A stretch of 63,579 nucleotides of DNA, counting the filler, from Octopus bimaculoides (taxonomy: Eukaryota), in assembly GCF_001194135.2 (NCBI RefSeq). It is 5 parts of 5 records of this genome, joined end to end, with 100 filler letters (N's around TTAATTAATTAA, not from the genome) between each part and the next. Parts side by side here need not be neighbours in the genome. Positions count along the whole stretch, not along the records: positions 1 to 17,725 come from NC_069005.1; 4 more parts are not named here. One strand, 5' to 3'. Every line of letters starts with the position of its first letter. Within the stretch, counting starts at the first letter, position 1. The notes under the pieces were generated by a model that was not told the origin of the DNA, did not search any database, and saw only the letters and a list, made by a program, of their open reading frames with translations. Made by a program: the position numbers and the translations under genes. Below are positions 1-13,575 of the stretch, piece by piece.

Positions 1-59
<59 letters not shown>

Positions 60-454
60 TTATATTTATATATTTATATTCATATATACGCAGATATACC
101 ACAGCACCTATCAAATCTAGAAACCATTATTTAAGTATTATCCTAGTCTGAGAAGGTTACCATAGAATGCACTCATGCTATATCAATGTATGTAATAATA
201 CAAACATGCATTTGCATCTCAGCCCCCTACGGGGCAGTTCGTCTTGCTTGACTTGAGGTGTTCTCTGTATTTTTAACACTTGACTTGGTGGGATTTGATG
301 GGACTTGGTGGGACTTGGTGGGACTACTCCCTGGAAGAAATAACGCGGCCAATGAACAATACATATACATTCAGTATAGACATCGGTAATGTCTAGCTAG
401 ATAGATAGATACATACGGAGACAGACAGACAGACAGACAGACAAACAAACAGAC

Positions 455-534
<80 letters not shown>

Positions 535-546
535 GGACGGACAGAC

Positions 547-599
<53 letters not shown>

Positions 600-2095
600 C
601 ACACGCATACACGTTGTGATGCACCACTTAGCTGACTGTTAAAAGCGTTAGGTGAACGATCGCGACCTTTCATAGAGAAACTCCGTAACGCGATACTAAT
701 TTAACGACATACACTGTATCTCGCTGCTCACTGGCTTCTAAACCAAAACGGCAATCTTTACAGTCACATACAACGAGACACTCGTTCAAAAAACTATACA
801 TACGGTTACACATACACACACACACAGAGGCCTGCGTGAACGAGCGCGCACCTGTCCACACGTATATTTCCCTATATGAACCTATTCACAGATTCCACAC
901 ACGTACACACACAAAGACGCATGCATATATACGTATGTGTGCGCATGTGTAAACGCCCACACAAATCTGTATAGGCGTACTTCCATATGTTGTATAATAG
1001 TAGCAGACGATAATCTTTTCGATGGGCAGATACATTTTATGGAGAGTATATATATGAATGTACACATATATATATATATATATATATATAAAATTGGTTA
1101 TTTTCCCTAAAACTATATNNNNNNNNNNNNNNNNNNNNNNNNNNNNNNNNNNNNNNNNNNNNNNNNNNNNNNNNNNNNNNNNNNNNNNNNNNNNNNNNNN
1201 NNNNNNNNNNNNNNNNNNNNNNNNNNNNNNNNNNNNNNNNNNNNNNNNNNNNNNNNNNNNNNNNNNNNNNNNNNNNNNNNNNNNNNNNNNNNNNNNNNNN
1301 NNNNNNNNNNNNNNNNNNNNNNNNNNNNNNNNNNNNNNNNNNNNNNNNNNNNNNNNNNNNNNNNNNNNNNNNNNNNNNNNNNNNNNNNNNNNNNNNNNNN
1401 NNNNNNNNNNNNNNNNNNNNNNNNNNNNNNNNNNNNNNNNNNNNNNNNNNNNNNNNNNNNNNNNNNNNNNNNNNNNNNNNNNNNNNNNNNNNNNNNNNNN
1501 NNNNNNNNNNNNNNNNNNNNNNNNNNNNNNNNNNNNNNNNNNNNNNNNNNNNNNNNNNNNNNNNNNNNNNNNNNNNNNNNNNNNNNNNNNNNNNNNNNNN
1601 NNNNNNNNNNNNNNNNNNNNNNNNNNNNNNNNNNNNNNNNNNNNNNNNNNNNNNNNNNNNNNNNNNNNNNNNNNNNNNNNNNNNNNNNNNNNNNNNNNNN
1701 NNNNNNNNNNNNNNNNNNNNNNNNNNNNNNNNNNNNNNNNNNNNNNNNNNNNNNNNNNNNNNNNNNNNNNNNNNNNNNNNNNNNNNNNNNNNNNNNNNNN
1801 NNNNNNNNNNNNNNNNNNNNNNNNNNNNNNNNNNNNNNNNNNNNNNNNNNNNNNNNNNNNNNNNNNNNNNNNNNNNNNNNNNNNNNNNNNNNNNNNNNNN
1901 NNNNNNNNNNNNNNNNNNNNNNNNNNNNNNNNNNNNNNNNNNNNNNNNNNNNNNNNNNNNNNNNNNNNNNNNNNNNNNNNNNNNNNNNNNNNNNNNNNNN
2001 NNNNNNNNNNNNNNNNNNNNNNNNNNNNNNNNNNNNNNNNNNNNNNNNNNNNNNNNNNNNNNNNNNNNNNNNNNNNNNNNNNNNNNNNNNNNNNN

Positions 2096-2133
<38 letters not shown>

Positions 2134-2454
2134 CATACATATATATATGCATATATATATATATATATATATGTGTGTATGTATGTATGTATGTATGTAT
2201 GTATGTATGTATGTGATATATAATTGTGTTCAACGTGTATCATTCATCTCTTTATTCTTCCATGCCGCCATGGCTTGTTGTTTATGTGGCACCAAACCCT
2301 TTCTTTATCATTACGGTTCTTTTCTGCTTTATTTTTGGGGTTTTTTTTTTTTTTTTTTTTTTTGTCTTTTACACCTTCCTCACGTATCTGCTTGTATTTC
2401 TATTTTCTTCCTCTGAATCACATTCTTTTTCCATTTTGTCTCTCCCCCCTCCCC

Positions 2455-2507
<53 letters not shown>

Positions 2508-2890
2508 GTCATTCAGTATTTCGTTCCTATCTTCTTTTTCTTTTCTTCTTTAATATTCCCGAGCTAATCATTCCTCCCTATCTTTTTCTTCGTTTCTCAT
2601 TCCTTTTTTGTTTCATTCATCTCGTTCACGTTTCTTTCTCATTATTAACTTCACTTTCATTTCCGATTCTTTTCTTTATGTTTTCGTTCTTCTCTTTCTC
2701 TTTACTTTACTTCTTTTTCTCATTCTCGCCTTTCTCCTCATTCTTCTGCTCGCGCTTCTGTTCTCCTCCTTCTTCTCCTCCCGAACTCTCCCTCCTCCTC
2801 TCTCTTCTTTTCACGTGTCATTTTTCTTCACTTTTACCATATTTTTCTTACCCTCCTTATTTACATGCGTAAATACATAGGTACATGCAA

Positions 2891-2948
<58 letters not shown>

Positions 2949-3653
2949 TNNNNNNNNNNNNNNNNNNNNNNNNNNNNNNNNNNNNNNNNNNNNNNNNNNN
3001 NNNNNNNNNNNNNNNNNNNNNNNNNNNNNNNNNNNNNNNNNNNNNNNNNNNNNNNNNNNNNNNNNNNNNNNNNNNNNNNNNNNNNNNNNNNNNNNNNNNN
3101 NNNNNNNNNNNNNNNNNNNNNNNNNNNNNNNNNNNNNNNNNNNNNNNNNNNNNNNNNNNNNNNNNNNNNNNNNNNNNNNNNNNNNNNNNNNNNNNNNNNN
3201 NNNNNNNNNNNNNNNNNNNNNNNNNNNNNNNNNNNNNNNNNNNNNNNNNNNNNNNNNNNNNNNNNNNNNNNNNNNNNNNNNNNNNNNNNNNNNNNNNNNN
3301 NNNNNNNNNNNNNNNNNNNNNNNNNNNNNNNNNNNNNNNNNNNNNNNNNNNNNNNNNNNNNNNNNNNNNNNNNNNNNNNNNNNNNNNNNNNNNNNNNNNN
3401 NNNNNNNNNNNNNNNNNNNNNNNNNNNNNNNNNNNNNNNNNNNNNNNNNNNNNNNNNNNNNNNNNNNNNNNNNNNNNNNNNNNNNNNNNNNNNNNNNNNN
3501 NNNNNNNNNNNNNNNNNNNNNNNNNNNNNNNNNNNNNNNNNNNNNNNNNNNNNNNNNNNNNNNNNNNNNNNNNNNNNNNNNNNNNNNNNNNNNNNNNNNN
3601 NNNNNNNNNNNNNNNNNNNNNNNNNNNNNNNNNNNNNNNNNNNNNNNNNNNNN

Positions 3654-3698
<45 letters not shown>

Positions 3699-4239
3699 CT
3701 ATTTCTCTCTCTCTCATCACAGTGTCTCCAGGTCAAACTACTTCATTCCACATTTTCTCACTTCAACCTGCCAGAAATGATATCAGATCATTCTGGACAG
3801 ACGTTCTCAGACTTCTTTTTCTTTTCTTTTCTTTTCTTTTCTTTTTCTCTTATCCCGAGTACCCCTTCATATCTTCATGTGTCAGGCAATGTTGGTGTAC
3901 CTGCGTGAAGAATATAACGTAAACTGATTGGATACTATGGAACAAATGCTAGACATGTGTTAATTTTTATTAATTTGATTTAATTTAAAGTGTTCAAATC
4001 CTGCCTTGGTCAACCTTTGCTTCCATCATTCCGGGGCCGATAAAATAAAGTACCAGGCAAGTACCGGGGTTGATAAAGTTGACTCTTCCCTTCCCCAAAA
4101 ATTTCTGGCCATGGGCCTATGTGAAAAGTGAATTTCATATAATTTAATGTCAATGGACCATTTACAGTAGTATTTGTTGAGATGTCATATCTTATGGACT
4201 CGCTTTGCTAAAAACACAAATAAATATATCAGAGAGAGA

Positions 4240-4297
<58 letters not shown>

Positions 4298-4311
4298 CGG
4301 AGGGAGGGAGG

Positions 4312-4473
4312 GAGATGAAAATTCGTCCCAGCAGCGGCTAGTGAGAGTACCAAGACGACTAATTCTTGTCCAAGCATGCGGATGAATGTGAGTACGCGCC
4401 ATTGACAAAGTCTAAACTGGCCAAAATGCCCCTGGCGCTCTCGTTGGCCGCTGCCGGGACGAAATTTCATCTC
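4312..4473. mobile_element. 162-bp foldback MITE with about 40-bp imperfect TIRs
   Basis: gagatgaaaattcgtcccagcagcggctagtgagag pairs with ctctcgttggccgctgccgggacgaaatttcatctc. Confidence 0.7.
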
Positions 4474-5414
4474 TCTTTGATATTCATTGTATTTTTGACA
4501 CAACAAATCAACAGACGATTTTATCTTAGAACATATACAGCAGTAACTAGTCTATCGACAGTATGTATACCTTTAATACGATACATAGATGGCTATTTTA
4601 ATTAGTTTTAATGTTTGACACTTTTTAATAAATAATTCAATTCTAGACCCAGCTTCAGAGACATACACCCATATATCATTCTTAATTGACAGTCTTGTAT
4701 GAAATTCAATTTGGGTTAATAAACTTCACTGAAAATCTTTGTTAACAATAGTGAGCGAGAACAACAAAAGGCTCTCCAGGCATTTAATAAACACACAACA
4801 CATGCTGTAGTAATTAAGTTGTGGGTTAATTAGGGATATACTGATTAGTGTACGACAATCTGATGATGGAATGAAACGGTGATGACCGTGTGTGAAGGAG
4901 AATATGTCGATATCGTGCTGTCAGATAAATTTCATCCGTTCCCGCCTTCCATTATATTTTAATCTTCTCCAATGTTATTTGAATTAACACTATTAATATT
5001 TTTATCGAAGTACTTTATGGTGGGAGGGTTCTTGTAACTCTGTTCTTCCTCCACAACTTTTGTTTATTGTTTTTTGAAATTTGAATAATTTTTTACTTGT
5101 TTTCAAACATAGAGTGATAAAATGACAAGTATAAAAAAGAGCGAAGGAATTCATCAGACAACTCAATAAATATAGTAGACAGACAGATTGAAACAAGTAA
5201 AAAATAATATTAGCTTCAAATTTTGGCACAAAACCAGCAATTTCAGGGAAGGGGTAAGTCGATTACACCGTCCCCATTGTTCAATTGGTACTAATATTAT
5301 CGCTCCCTAAAGAATGAAAGGAAAAATATACCTCGGCGGAATTTGAACTCAGAACGTAAAGATAGAAGGGAAATGCCGCTTAGCATTCTGCCAGCTCGCT
5401 ACCTTTAAAAAGTA

Positions 5415-6400
5415 ATATTTGCAAGAACATTGAAGCTTTCAACGTCTACATTGGAGTAAAGAATGAATATATAAACAAATTTCGTCAATTATTGCTAAAG
5501 AAGGCTACACACCAGAACAAGTGTACAGCGTTATGGCGATGCGATTACGCAGTTTAACCCCGCTTAGGGACTCACTGAGTGCCCTAACTCGAAAGTTCTT
5601 AGAAAGGTTACAACGCTTATGAAACAGGACATTCGGCAAGCGTACACTTGGACTTTTATTTCCAGTGAAGAAAAATCACCACCAGACTTTTAAAGCTTGC
5701 AAAAGTACTGCAATTCGTTTTGAAGGAGGAAATTATGCCGCTGATATGAAATTAGGGCCTCTATTTGTATATCAAGCCGAAAACACAAACTCGGATTTGG
5801 CGTCAAATAAGAACACTTGAAGGAATCTGGAATCTTTTTCACGACTAGTCTACAAGCTTCTTTTAACCCTGATGTAAAAAGGTGCAACAGCAGCATAGTA
5901 TTTCCAACAAAACATTGCTCCATGCCATCTAATGAAATGCATTTTTTTCTAGCCAATGGAACAGTGAGCCGTTGACCTGAACAGATACCGCGCCCTAGCC
6001 TGTGACTCCTTAGGAAGCCTTACTCGGAGTCTTTCACCTACTGGTGAAATGTTAACACCATCCCTTCACTTGGTTTAATCCACCAGCTGAAGTGGGGTAC
6101 CGGGGTGTGGTGCTAGGAGTCATAGTGAGAGATTAAGAAATGAATGAGGACTAGACATTGAACAAAAATTCACCTGACCATTCCTCTCAAGGTGTAGCTT
6201 GCCGGACACTTGCACTCCATATTTAAAACAACACATAAAAACAATTAATAAAGAGGATAACCAAACAATGAGAGACTTCTGAAATAAGTTCAGCATAATG
6301 GATGTTGTAGATAACATTGCTGAACCATGGAATGGAGGGAAACTCTCAGCAATGAATCGTATCTGGGAAAATATGTGGCCACAATGCATCCGTTGACTGG
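5415..6400 (+). mobile_element. Tigger/pogo transposase fragments (about 5415-5530 and 6125-6400) split by an inserted LINE-like 5' fragment on the minus strand (about 5530-6120)
   Basis: IIAKEGYTPEQVY and F*NKFSIMDVVDNIAEPW..AMNRIWENMWPQC resemble DDE_1 Tigger motifs; the identity of the insert is less certain. Confidence 0.6.
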
Positions 6401-6614
6401 AAAGAATATTGTAGTAACTGGGTCGGCACTGAAAGGTTTGCAGGGCTTCTCTTGCAAACGATCCGCATCATGATCGTAACATAAATATTACAAGAATTCA
6501 CAACGAGTTCAGTTCCTACGCAATTCTGCAGGTCAGAAGACCATGCCTCACTCTACTTTGCTCCTAGTAACCACGGAATAAGACAACTCATAGAATTTTT
6601 GTTCAATGTTTATT

Positions 6615-6839
6615 ATTGAGCTCTAGCATTTAAGGTCATATCCATCTGGAATATTCTGCTTGTTTGTTTTCAAACCAAGCAGATCCGGCCTCTCACACCA
6701 ACCCTACAATGTCCTTCTAAAAATTAACAGTCACATCAATGAAATCTTGCAGCTAAGAGGTAATGCATGATTAATTCAAAGCAATGTGAATAAATAAGGA
6801 TTTCATTGGACAGAATAATCTGAATGCTAAAAGGGTTAA
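6615..6839. mobile_element. Second TTAA-type MITE family, left end degenerate; fragment also at about 33440-33510
   Basis: Right end AATGCTAAAAGGG-TTAA, left CTCTAGCATT; internal catgattaattcaaa..gtgaataaata segment recurs at 33440. Confidence 0.65.
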
Positions 6840-8803
6840 ACTCAAAACGCATCGTGGATCCACCGCTTTGTAGACTTCTGGGTCACATAGGATTACTATC
6901 ACGTGCTCCATTTGTTTAGCTCCACTTCAATCTCGAACGAGCAGTCCATGACCAATGTCATTCCTGTCATGACTCACTCCACTCACCTGTTTAGAGATAT
7001 ATCCTTTCCGGATTCAAGGCGTCGAAGTATCAATTGAGGCTGATTTAGTTGTTATTTTTAGCATGTCCAAAGACCATTATTTGTGCAGTGCAGTGGTAAT
7101 AGATGTTTAATATGGCAACAGACACAACCATTGCTCTTTAGACCAAAGACTTCTCTCTTTCTCCATCACTTTTTTATCCTACCTTCTGGGCCATCTCTCA
7201 ACCCCTCTACCATTCTCACCACCACCCTCTTCTCTCTCTTCACCTCTCTCTCTCTTATCTCTCTTTTACTCCGATTCTATCACCAACTTCCCCTCAGCCT
7301 TCTCCCCTTCTCATCTAACCTTTTTATTATTTAATCCATAAATCCACTGCAGACGGGATGTCATGATATTCATGCTTTAACAAATTCATTCATCTCTCCC
7401 TCTTTTACACACTTCTAATCTCTTTTAGTCTCTCTCTCTCTCTTCCTCCCACTCATTCTCTCTCCCTCTCTCTCTCTCTTCTTCCTACTCATTTTGTCTG
7501 TCTCTCTCTCTCTCTCTACTTTCACTATCTCCATATCTAAATTACTTGCTCTCCCACTCTAATCCTCTCCTTTTGTGTTCGTCTTTCATTGTCCCTCTTC
7601 TTCCCTTCACTCTCATCATTTCTCTCTCGCTCTCCTCTCTTTTCTTCCTTTTCTTTCTACCTTCCTCTCTCTTTCTCTTTTCTTCTCTTTCTCTTTTCTT
7701 CTCTTTCCTTGGTCCTCTTTCCTTCTCTTCTCTTTCTTCACTTTCTGTCTCCCGCCCATCCTCTTTCTCACATTCACCTCCCTTAGTTTCTCCTTCTCTT
7801 TCTCTTTCTCTCCCTGTCTCCCACTGTCACTCATTCTCTCTCTCTCNNNNNNNNNNNNNNNNNNNNNNNNNNNNNNNNNNNNNNNNNNNNNNNNNNNNNN
7901 NNNNNNNNNNNNNNNNNNNNNNNNNNNNNNNNNNNNNNNNNNNNNNTGCTTGTATGAAGACAAAGGGAGAGCCGTGGATGCGTGTTTCTACTTCAGTAGG
8001 CGTTTTCAGCCCACCAGTTATCGTACCTTGAATCCAGCAGGCGAGACACTAAATCATTTAAAGAAGTACGTCTACGATTGTACTTTTATCTCCAGATAAT
8101 CAGACTTTTTCTAAAAGGCATGTCAGGTTCAGAGAAAATTTGATTCTCGAAATTTCTCCTTTTCTCATTTGAAGTTGATTGCTATTGCCACAAAGCATTT
8201 GTATATTCTTCTCTCAAAGGAAACATCGTGTTAATGTATCAAGAATTCACCTTGCATGGCATTTGATATGCCTTTATTTGTTTTTATTCATACCATGGCC
8301 CACTTTTAGCTATTTCTCTTAGCTCATTTTCGTTTAGATTATACAATTTGCTCTAGAATTACTTCCATATTTGGGAGGCATAAATAATTTGACCTCGGAT
8401 ACATATTAGGGTTTTCATTTTATTTTGCCTTATATATATATGATTGCTTTATATATACGATTCACTTCTTTTCAATGTCAAATTCCGGTATTGACATAGC
8501 AACTAACTAAACAATATCAGTTCGTTGCAAGCGAAGTCTTCCGTTTTCATTTATGAAACCTCTCACTCTCTAGTTTAATGTTTTCATTTCAAGTTTTCAT
8601 TTGCAATTTGCAAACAAGTACGATAAATTACTGAAAAAAATATTTACTAAGCATCTATGTATGAGAGAGAGAGAGTGAATTAGTGAGTGAAAGGGTGTGT
8701 TGTCATGTATACGTACATAAGTACATATGCATACATCTTTGTATGTATGTGTGACAGGGAGACAGAGAGAGAGTGATATCTAAGTGGCACTCACTCTCTC
8801 TCC

Positions 8804-8855
<52 letters not shown>

Positions 8856-9290
8856 CACACACACGTACACATACATACAGAAAAAAGTATGCGCATTTAT
8901 CTATGTACGTATACATGACAACACATCACTTCACTTGCTCTCTCACTCACTCTCTCTCTCTCTCACACACATACACACACACACGTCCATTTCATGTACA
9001 CGTACGTACATCTTTCACTTTAAAACAAAAGTAAATAAATAAAAACTTTTTAGGGAAATTAACGAGCAAAACCAGCTGTTCATTTTGGTATTTTTGCGGG
9101 TTCAAGCGAAAGAATCCCAAAATATGCGACTGAAAAAGAATATTTAGCAGCAGAGGCATGTTGGCAGGCAATACCATAAGAATTATTGGAATTGCAAATC
9201 AAATGTGAAAATACGCTCGGAGGGCGGTTTTTCTGCTTGTACATATGTGTGCGCGCGTGCGCACGCGTGAGCATGTGTGTGCGTGTGTGA

Positions 9291-9614
9291 AGGTGCGTGG
9301 CTCAATGGTTAGGGAATTCGGCCTGCAATCGTTGGGTCGCGTTTTCGATTCCCGGCAATGCGTTGTGTCCTTGAACGAGACACTTTATTTCACGTTGCAC
9401 CAGTCCACTCGGCTGCCAAAAATGAGTAGTACCTGTATTTCGATGGGCCAGCCTTGTCACACTCTGTGTCACGCTGAATCTCCCTGAGAAATATGTAAAA
9501 AGGGGTACGCGTGTCTGTGGAGTGCTCAGCCACTTGCACGTTAGTCTCACGAGCAAGCTGTTCCGTTGATCGTATCAGCTGAGACCCTCGTCGTCGTAAC
9601 TGACGGAATGCTCC
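9291..9614 (+). mobile_element. tRNA-derived SINE sharing its 3' half with family C
   Basis: TGGCTCAATGG / TTTTCGATTCC boxes; about 170-bp tail similar to 47020-47175; ends in (TA)/(TG) microsatellite. Confidence 0.85.
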
Positions 9615-9634
9615 TGTGTATATATATATATGTA

Positions 9635-9692
<58 letters not shown>

Positions 9693-11496
9693 AGTAAAAA
9701 TAAATACAAAAAAAAGGGTTTTGTATGATCGTGTATAAAGGAATATATTATTTTATTTAAAAGAGTTCCAACTCTGTCTGTCTTTTATGTTTTATTTATA
9801 TTCTTGTAAAATTAATGTGGGATATAGAATATGGAATATATAATATATAATATAATAATGGATGGTACAATGAAATGAAGTATTGAATGTCTTATTGAAT
9901 ATATGGAATATGTCTTATTGAATATATAAAATATTGAGTGTTCAATATAAAGGATTAAATATATAAAAAGGCGGATACGTATTTTCAATACCTTGTGGTA
10001 TTCATCATGGCCGGTATCTGACAGACTGTAACATGTATGCATTTGTTGAGCACATTTCACGAGATATAGGTAGATAATATTAAGTACGATGTATCTTACG
10101 ATATACGTCTACATTTGTGTTTGTGTGTTGGGGCCTGCATCGTTCAATATTCAAGCAGATGACGTGTAATCTTCCTCTCCCCTCGTCCTCTACCTCTCTT
10201 TTCCTCCCATCTCCTTTCTCTCACCCACTGTCTCTCTCTCTCTCCCGCCCACTCTCTCTCTCACCCACTCTCTCTCTCTCCCACCCACTCTCTCTCTCAC
10301 CCACTATTTCTGTCTCACTGTCTCTTTCTCTCTATCTCTCCCTCTCTTTCACTCCTTTTCTCTCTTTCTCTCTCTCCCTCTCTCTTCCACTCTCTTGCTC
10401 TCTCCCTCTTCTCTTTCTCTTCCACTCTTCCTCACCCTCTATCTCTCCGCCTCTCCTTCACCCCTATTTTACTTTCTTCTGCCCTCTGTATCTCCCACTT
10501 CCCCTTTCTCTCTCCCCCTCTTTCTCTCTCCCCCTCTTTCTCTCACTCTTTCACTATACCTCCCTCTCCCACTCCCATCCTTCCCACCCTGTCCCTATTT
10601 CTTATATACCCTCGTGGGCGATATATCGATGCGCGTTGTAGGCGTGGTTTTTACAGGTGCAGCCGCTTCTGGGACGAAAACATCGCTGAAATAAACATTG
10701 AATTTGTTTACTTAACTGATAGATGCAACCTTTAACTGAAATGGAGAATAACAATTGTGTGTGCACGTGTCGGTATACGTTTCTNNNNNNNNNNNNNNNN
10801 NNNNNNNNNNNNNNNNNNNNNNNNNNNNNNNNNNNNNNNNNNNNNNNNNNNNNNNNNNNNNNNNNNNNNNNNNNNNNNNNNNNNNNNNNNNNNNNNNNNN
10901 NNNNNNNNNNNNNNNNNNNNNNNNNNNNNNNNNNNNNNNNNNNNNNNNNNNNNNNNNNNNNNNNNNNNNNNNNNNNNNNNNNNNNNNNNNNNNNNNNNNN
11001 NNNNNNNNNNNNNNNNNNNNNNNNNNNNNNNNNNNNNNNNNNNNNNNNNNNNNNNNNNNNNNNNNNNNNNNNNNNNNNNNNNNNNNNNNNNNNNNNNNNN
11101 NNNNNNNNNNNNNNNNNNNNNNNNNNNNNNNNNNNNNNNNNNNNNNNNNNNNNNNNNNNNNNNNNNNNNNNNNNNNNNNNNNNNNNNNNNNNNNNNNNNN
11201 NNNNNNNNNNNNNNNNNNNNNNNNNNNNNNNNNNNNNNNNNNNNNNNNNNNNNNNNNNNNNNNNNNNNNNNNNNNNNNNNNNNNNNNNNNNNNNNNNNNN
11301 NNNNNNNNNNNNNNNNNNNNNNNNNNNNNNNNNNNNNNNNNNNNNNNNNNNNNNNNNNNNNNNNNNNNNNNNNNNNNNNNNNNNNNNNNNNNNNNNNNNN
11401 NNNNNNNNNNNNNNTATATATACATATATATATATATATACACATGCACACAAATATATATACGAAATGTATATGCAGATGCATACACACGTGCAT

Positions 11497-11735
11497 AGTG
11501 GTTGTCTACTCCTGATGTAGAGTCTGACCACCCCCTGTACCTGCACCTTAGATCCATCATGGCATCTGATGTGGCTTTTTAAACCAGACAATGTTTTGAA
11601 AAGACATCCACATAAATTGCATATCTGCTTTGGACCACCAAGAGCTGCAGTTAAGATCTGATCTTTGTAGATCTTAAAATGTCTTTTGAGGCCTTCATTA
11701 GATTTGTAGACCTTATGGTATACATGACATTGACA
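11497..11735 (-). mobile_element. LINE (RTE-like) 3' end encoding two C2H2-like zinc fingers
   Basis: KVYKSNEGLKRHFKI (degenerate) and CNLCGCLFKTLSGLKSHIRCH, then a short 3' UTR and (TA/CA) tail; flanked by microsatellites, no splice context. Confidence 0.6.
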
Positions 11736-11789
11736 CACATACATATACACATGCATACATATATACAGACAGACAGACAGACATAGACA

Positions 11790-12600
11790 AATACAGGCAT
11801 ATCAAATACCAAACAACATAGATTCTTGGTTCATTAAAATTACCTCCGCCTCTAGACGATGTTATCGCTCTTATCACATGCTACAAGAACTGTTCCATGT
11901 GAGAAAGGGAGATAATCTCAAGAATTAAGTTTCTCCAAAACTGACAAAACATTAAGGAAAAGGAGAGGCTAATTTTCTGGAGGAGGATGGTCGTGGAACT
12001 GTGTTTCTGCCTCAATAAGCGTCATCGACACAACTGTTTTAGCCTATCTTCAGCAATGTAGACTTTAACAAAATGCATGATACATTTATGGCCTAGTTAT
12101 TGTGCATAAATTAAACACATACACACATACATACTATATACATTCATACACACATGCATACATGCATACATACACACATACATATACTGGTGGAATATAT
12201 CAGTGAAGGCCTCAATAAAGTGTAAACACAACAGACCTGACATAATGATTTGGGATAGAGAAGAGTAACTGTACACAGTTGTGGGAATTAACTGCCCAGG
12301 GGTTGGTAACATAAGGCTGAAGATCAGTGAAAAAGAAAACACCTATGCTGAACTATCGAGAAATCTGCAGTTACTCTATCCAGATTACAAGTTCAGGTAA
12401 TTATTGAGACCCTTGGATATGCAGTACACTGCTTTAAATACCAATCTTGAGAAATTAGGCTTCTCAAAACCAGAGAGGAGAGAGCTAATTCAAAGACTAC
12501 AGATCCAGTTCATCACTGGAACTGTAAAAATCTGTAAAACTTTCTAGAAGTTTATCATTTGAATATATATGAGCATGTCTAGATATGCAACTATATGCAT
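11790..12600 (+). mobile_element. 3' part of a REL-endonuclease non-LTR retrotransposon (R4/Dong/NeSL-like), decayed
   Basis: HNRPDIMIWDREE..TVVGINCP..LKISEKENTYAEL..LQLLYPDYKF..NLEKLGFSK..GTVKICK: PD-(D/E)xK restriction-like endonuclease pattern; (CATA)n tail. Confidence 0.8.
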
Positions 12601-12639
12601 GAGAATACATACATAAAGTAAAACATACAAATCTGCACA

Positions 12640-13464
12640 TATACATACGAGCATGCATACATACATACATACATACATACAAACATACAAACATACATAC
12701 ATACATACATACATACATACATACATACAAACATACATACATACATACAAACATACATACATACATATATACATACACACATACATACATACATACATAC
12801 ATACATACATACATACATACATACATACATACATACATACCCTATTGTTGATGTTGAAATTCCAATGGAGGAGCTTTGGATCTAGGTTAGAAACCTGTTC
12901 TTTCTCTGTTGGCCAGAAATCTTGAAATAAACTGAATAATGACATACGTACGATTTTCTATGATTGACTCATCTTGTCAGATGGTAGCAGTTTCATATTC
13001 AGCTCGATTGTTCTGATTTAATCTCATCCTTGCCTGTGCACAACTATGACTTTTCAGGCCCACCATGAATCCTTCTCCTAGAAGAGCTGCCTTCCCCAAG
13101 GTTTTGACAAAAGCAAGAGGAGCTTCTACCCCTGAGAAACCTATTTAACCCATAGACAGGAGTTATGGTAATTAAGAGGTGATTCCATGCTCCCCACAAT
13201 TCTAGAACTCCTGAACAGGATCCCCACTACAGGGTAGAGTTTAATGCCATACTAAGGAGATACATACATACATACATACATACATACATACATGCATGCA
13301 TGCATGCGTACATACATACATACATACATACATACATACATACATGCGTGCATGCATGCATATATACATACATACATACATACATACATACATGCATGCA
13401 TGCATGCATATATACATACATACATACATACATGCATGCATGCATACATACATACATACATACA

Positions 13465-13498
<34 letters not shown>

Positions 13499-13510
13499 CA
13501 TGCATGCATA
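12640..13510. repeat. (CATA)n/(CATG)n tetranucleotide tracts; the window also has many (AT)n, (CA)n, (CT)n, (GATA)n, (GACA)n, (TAG)n and (AAT)n tracts, most abutting gaps
   Basis: Direct inspection. Confidence 0.95.
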
Positions 13511-13575
13511 CGTGTCTATAAACTGAAAATGAGTAAGAAAACAAAATCAAAGAAACGGTGAAGAAATATCTAGGT

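Noticed and set aside
270-330. 10-bp tandem repeat GACTTGGTGG
   Set aside because: Three to four copies of a simple minisatellite; no further structure.
8520-9240. Clusters of ATTTGCA/TTTTCAT motifs suggesting an enhancer
   Set aside because: Short AT-rich motifs are expected by chance at this composition; conservation data would be needed.
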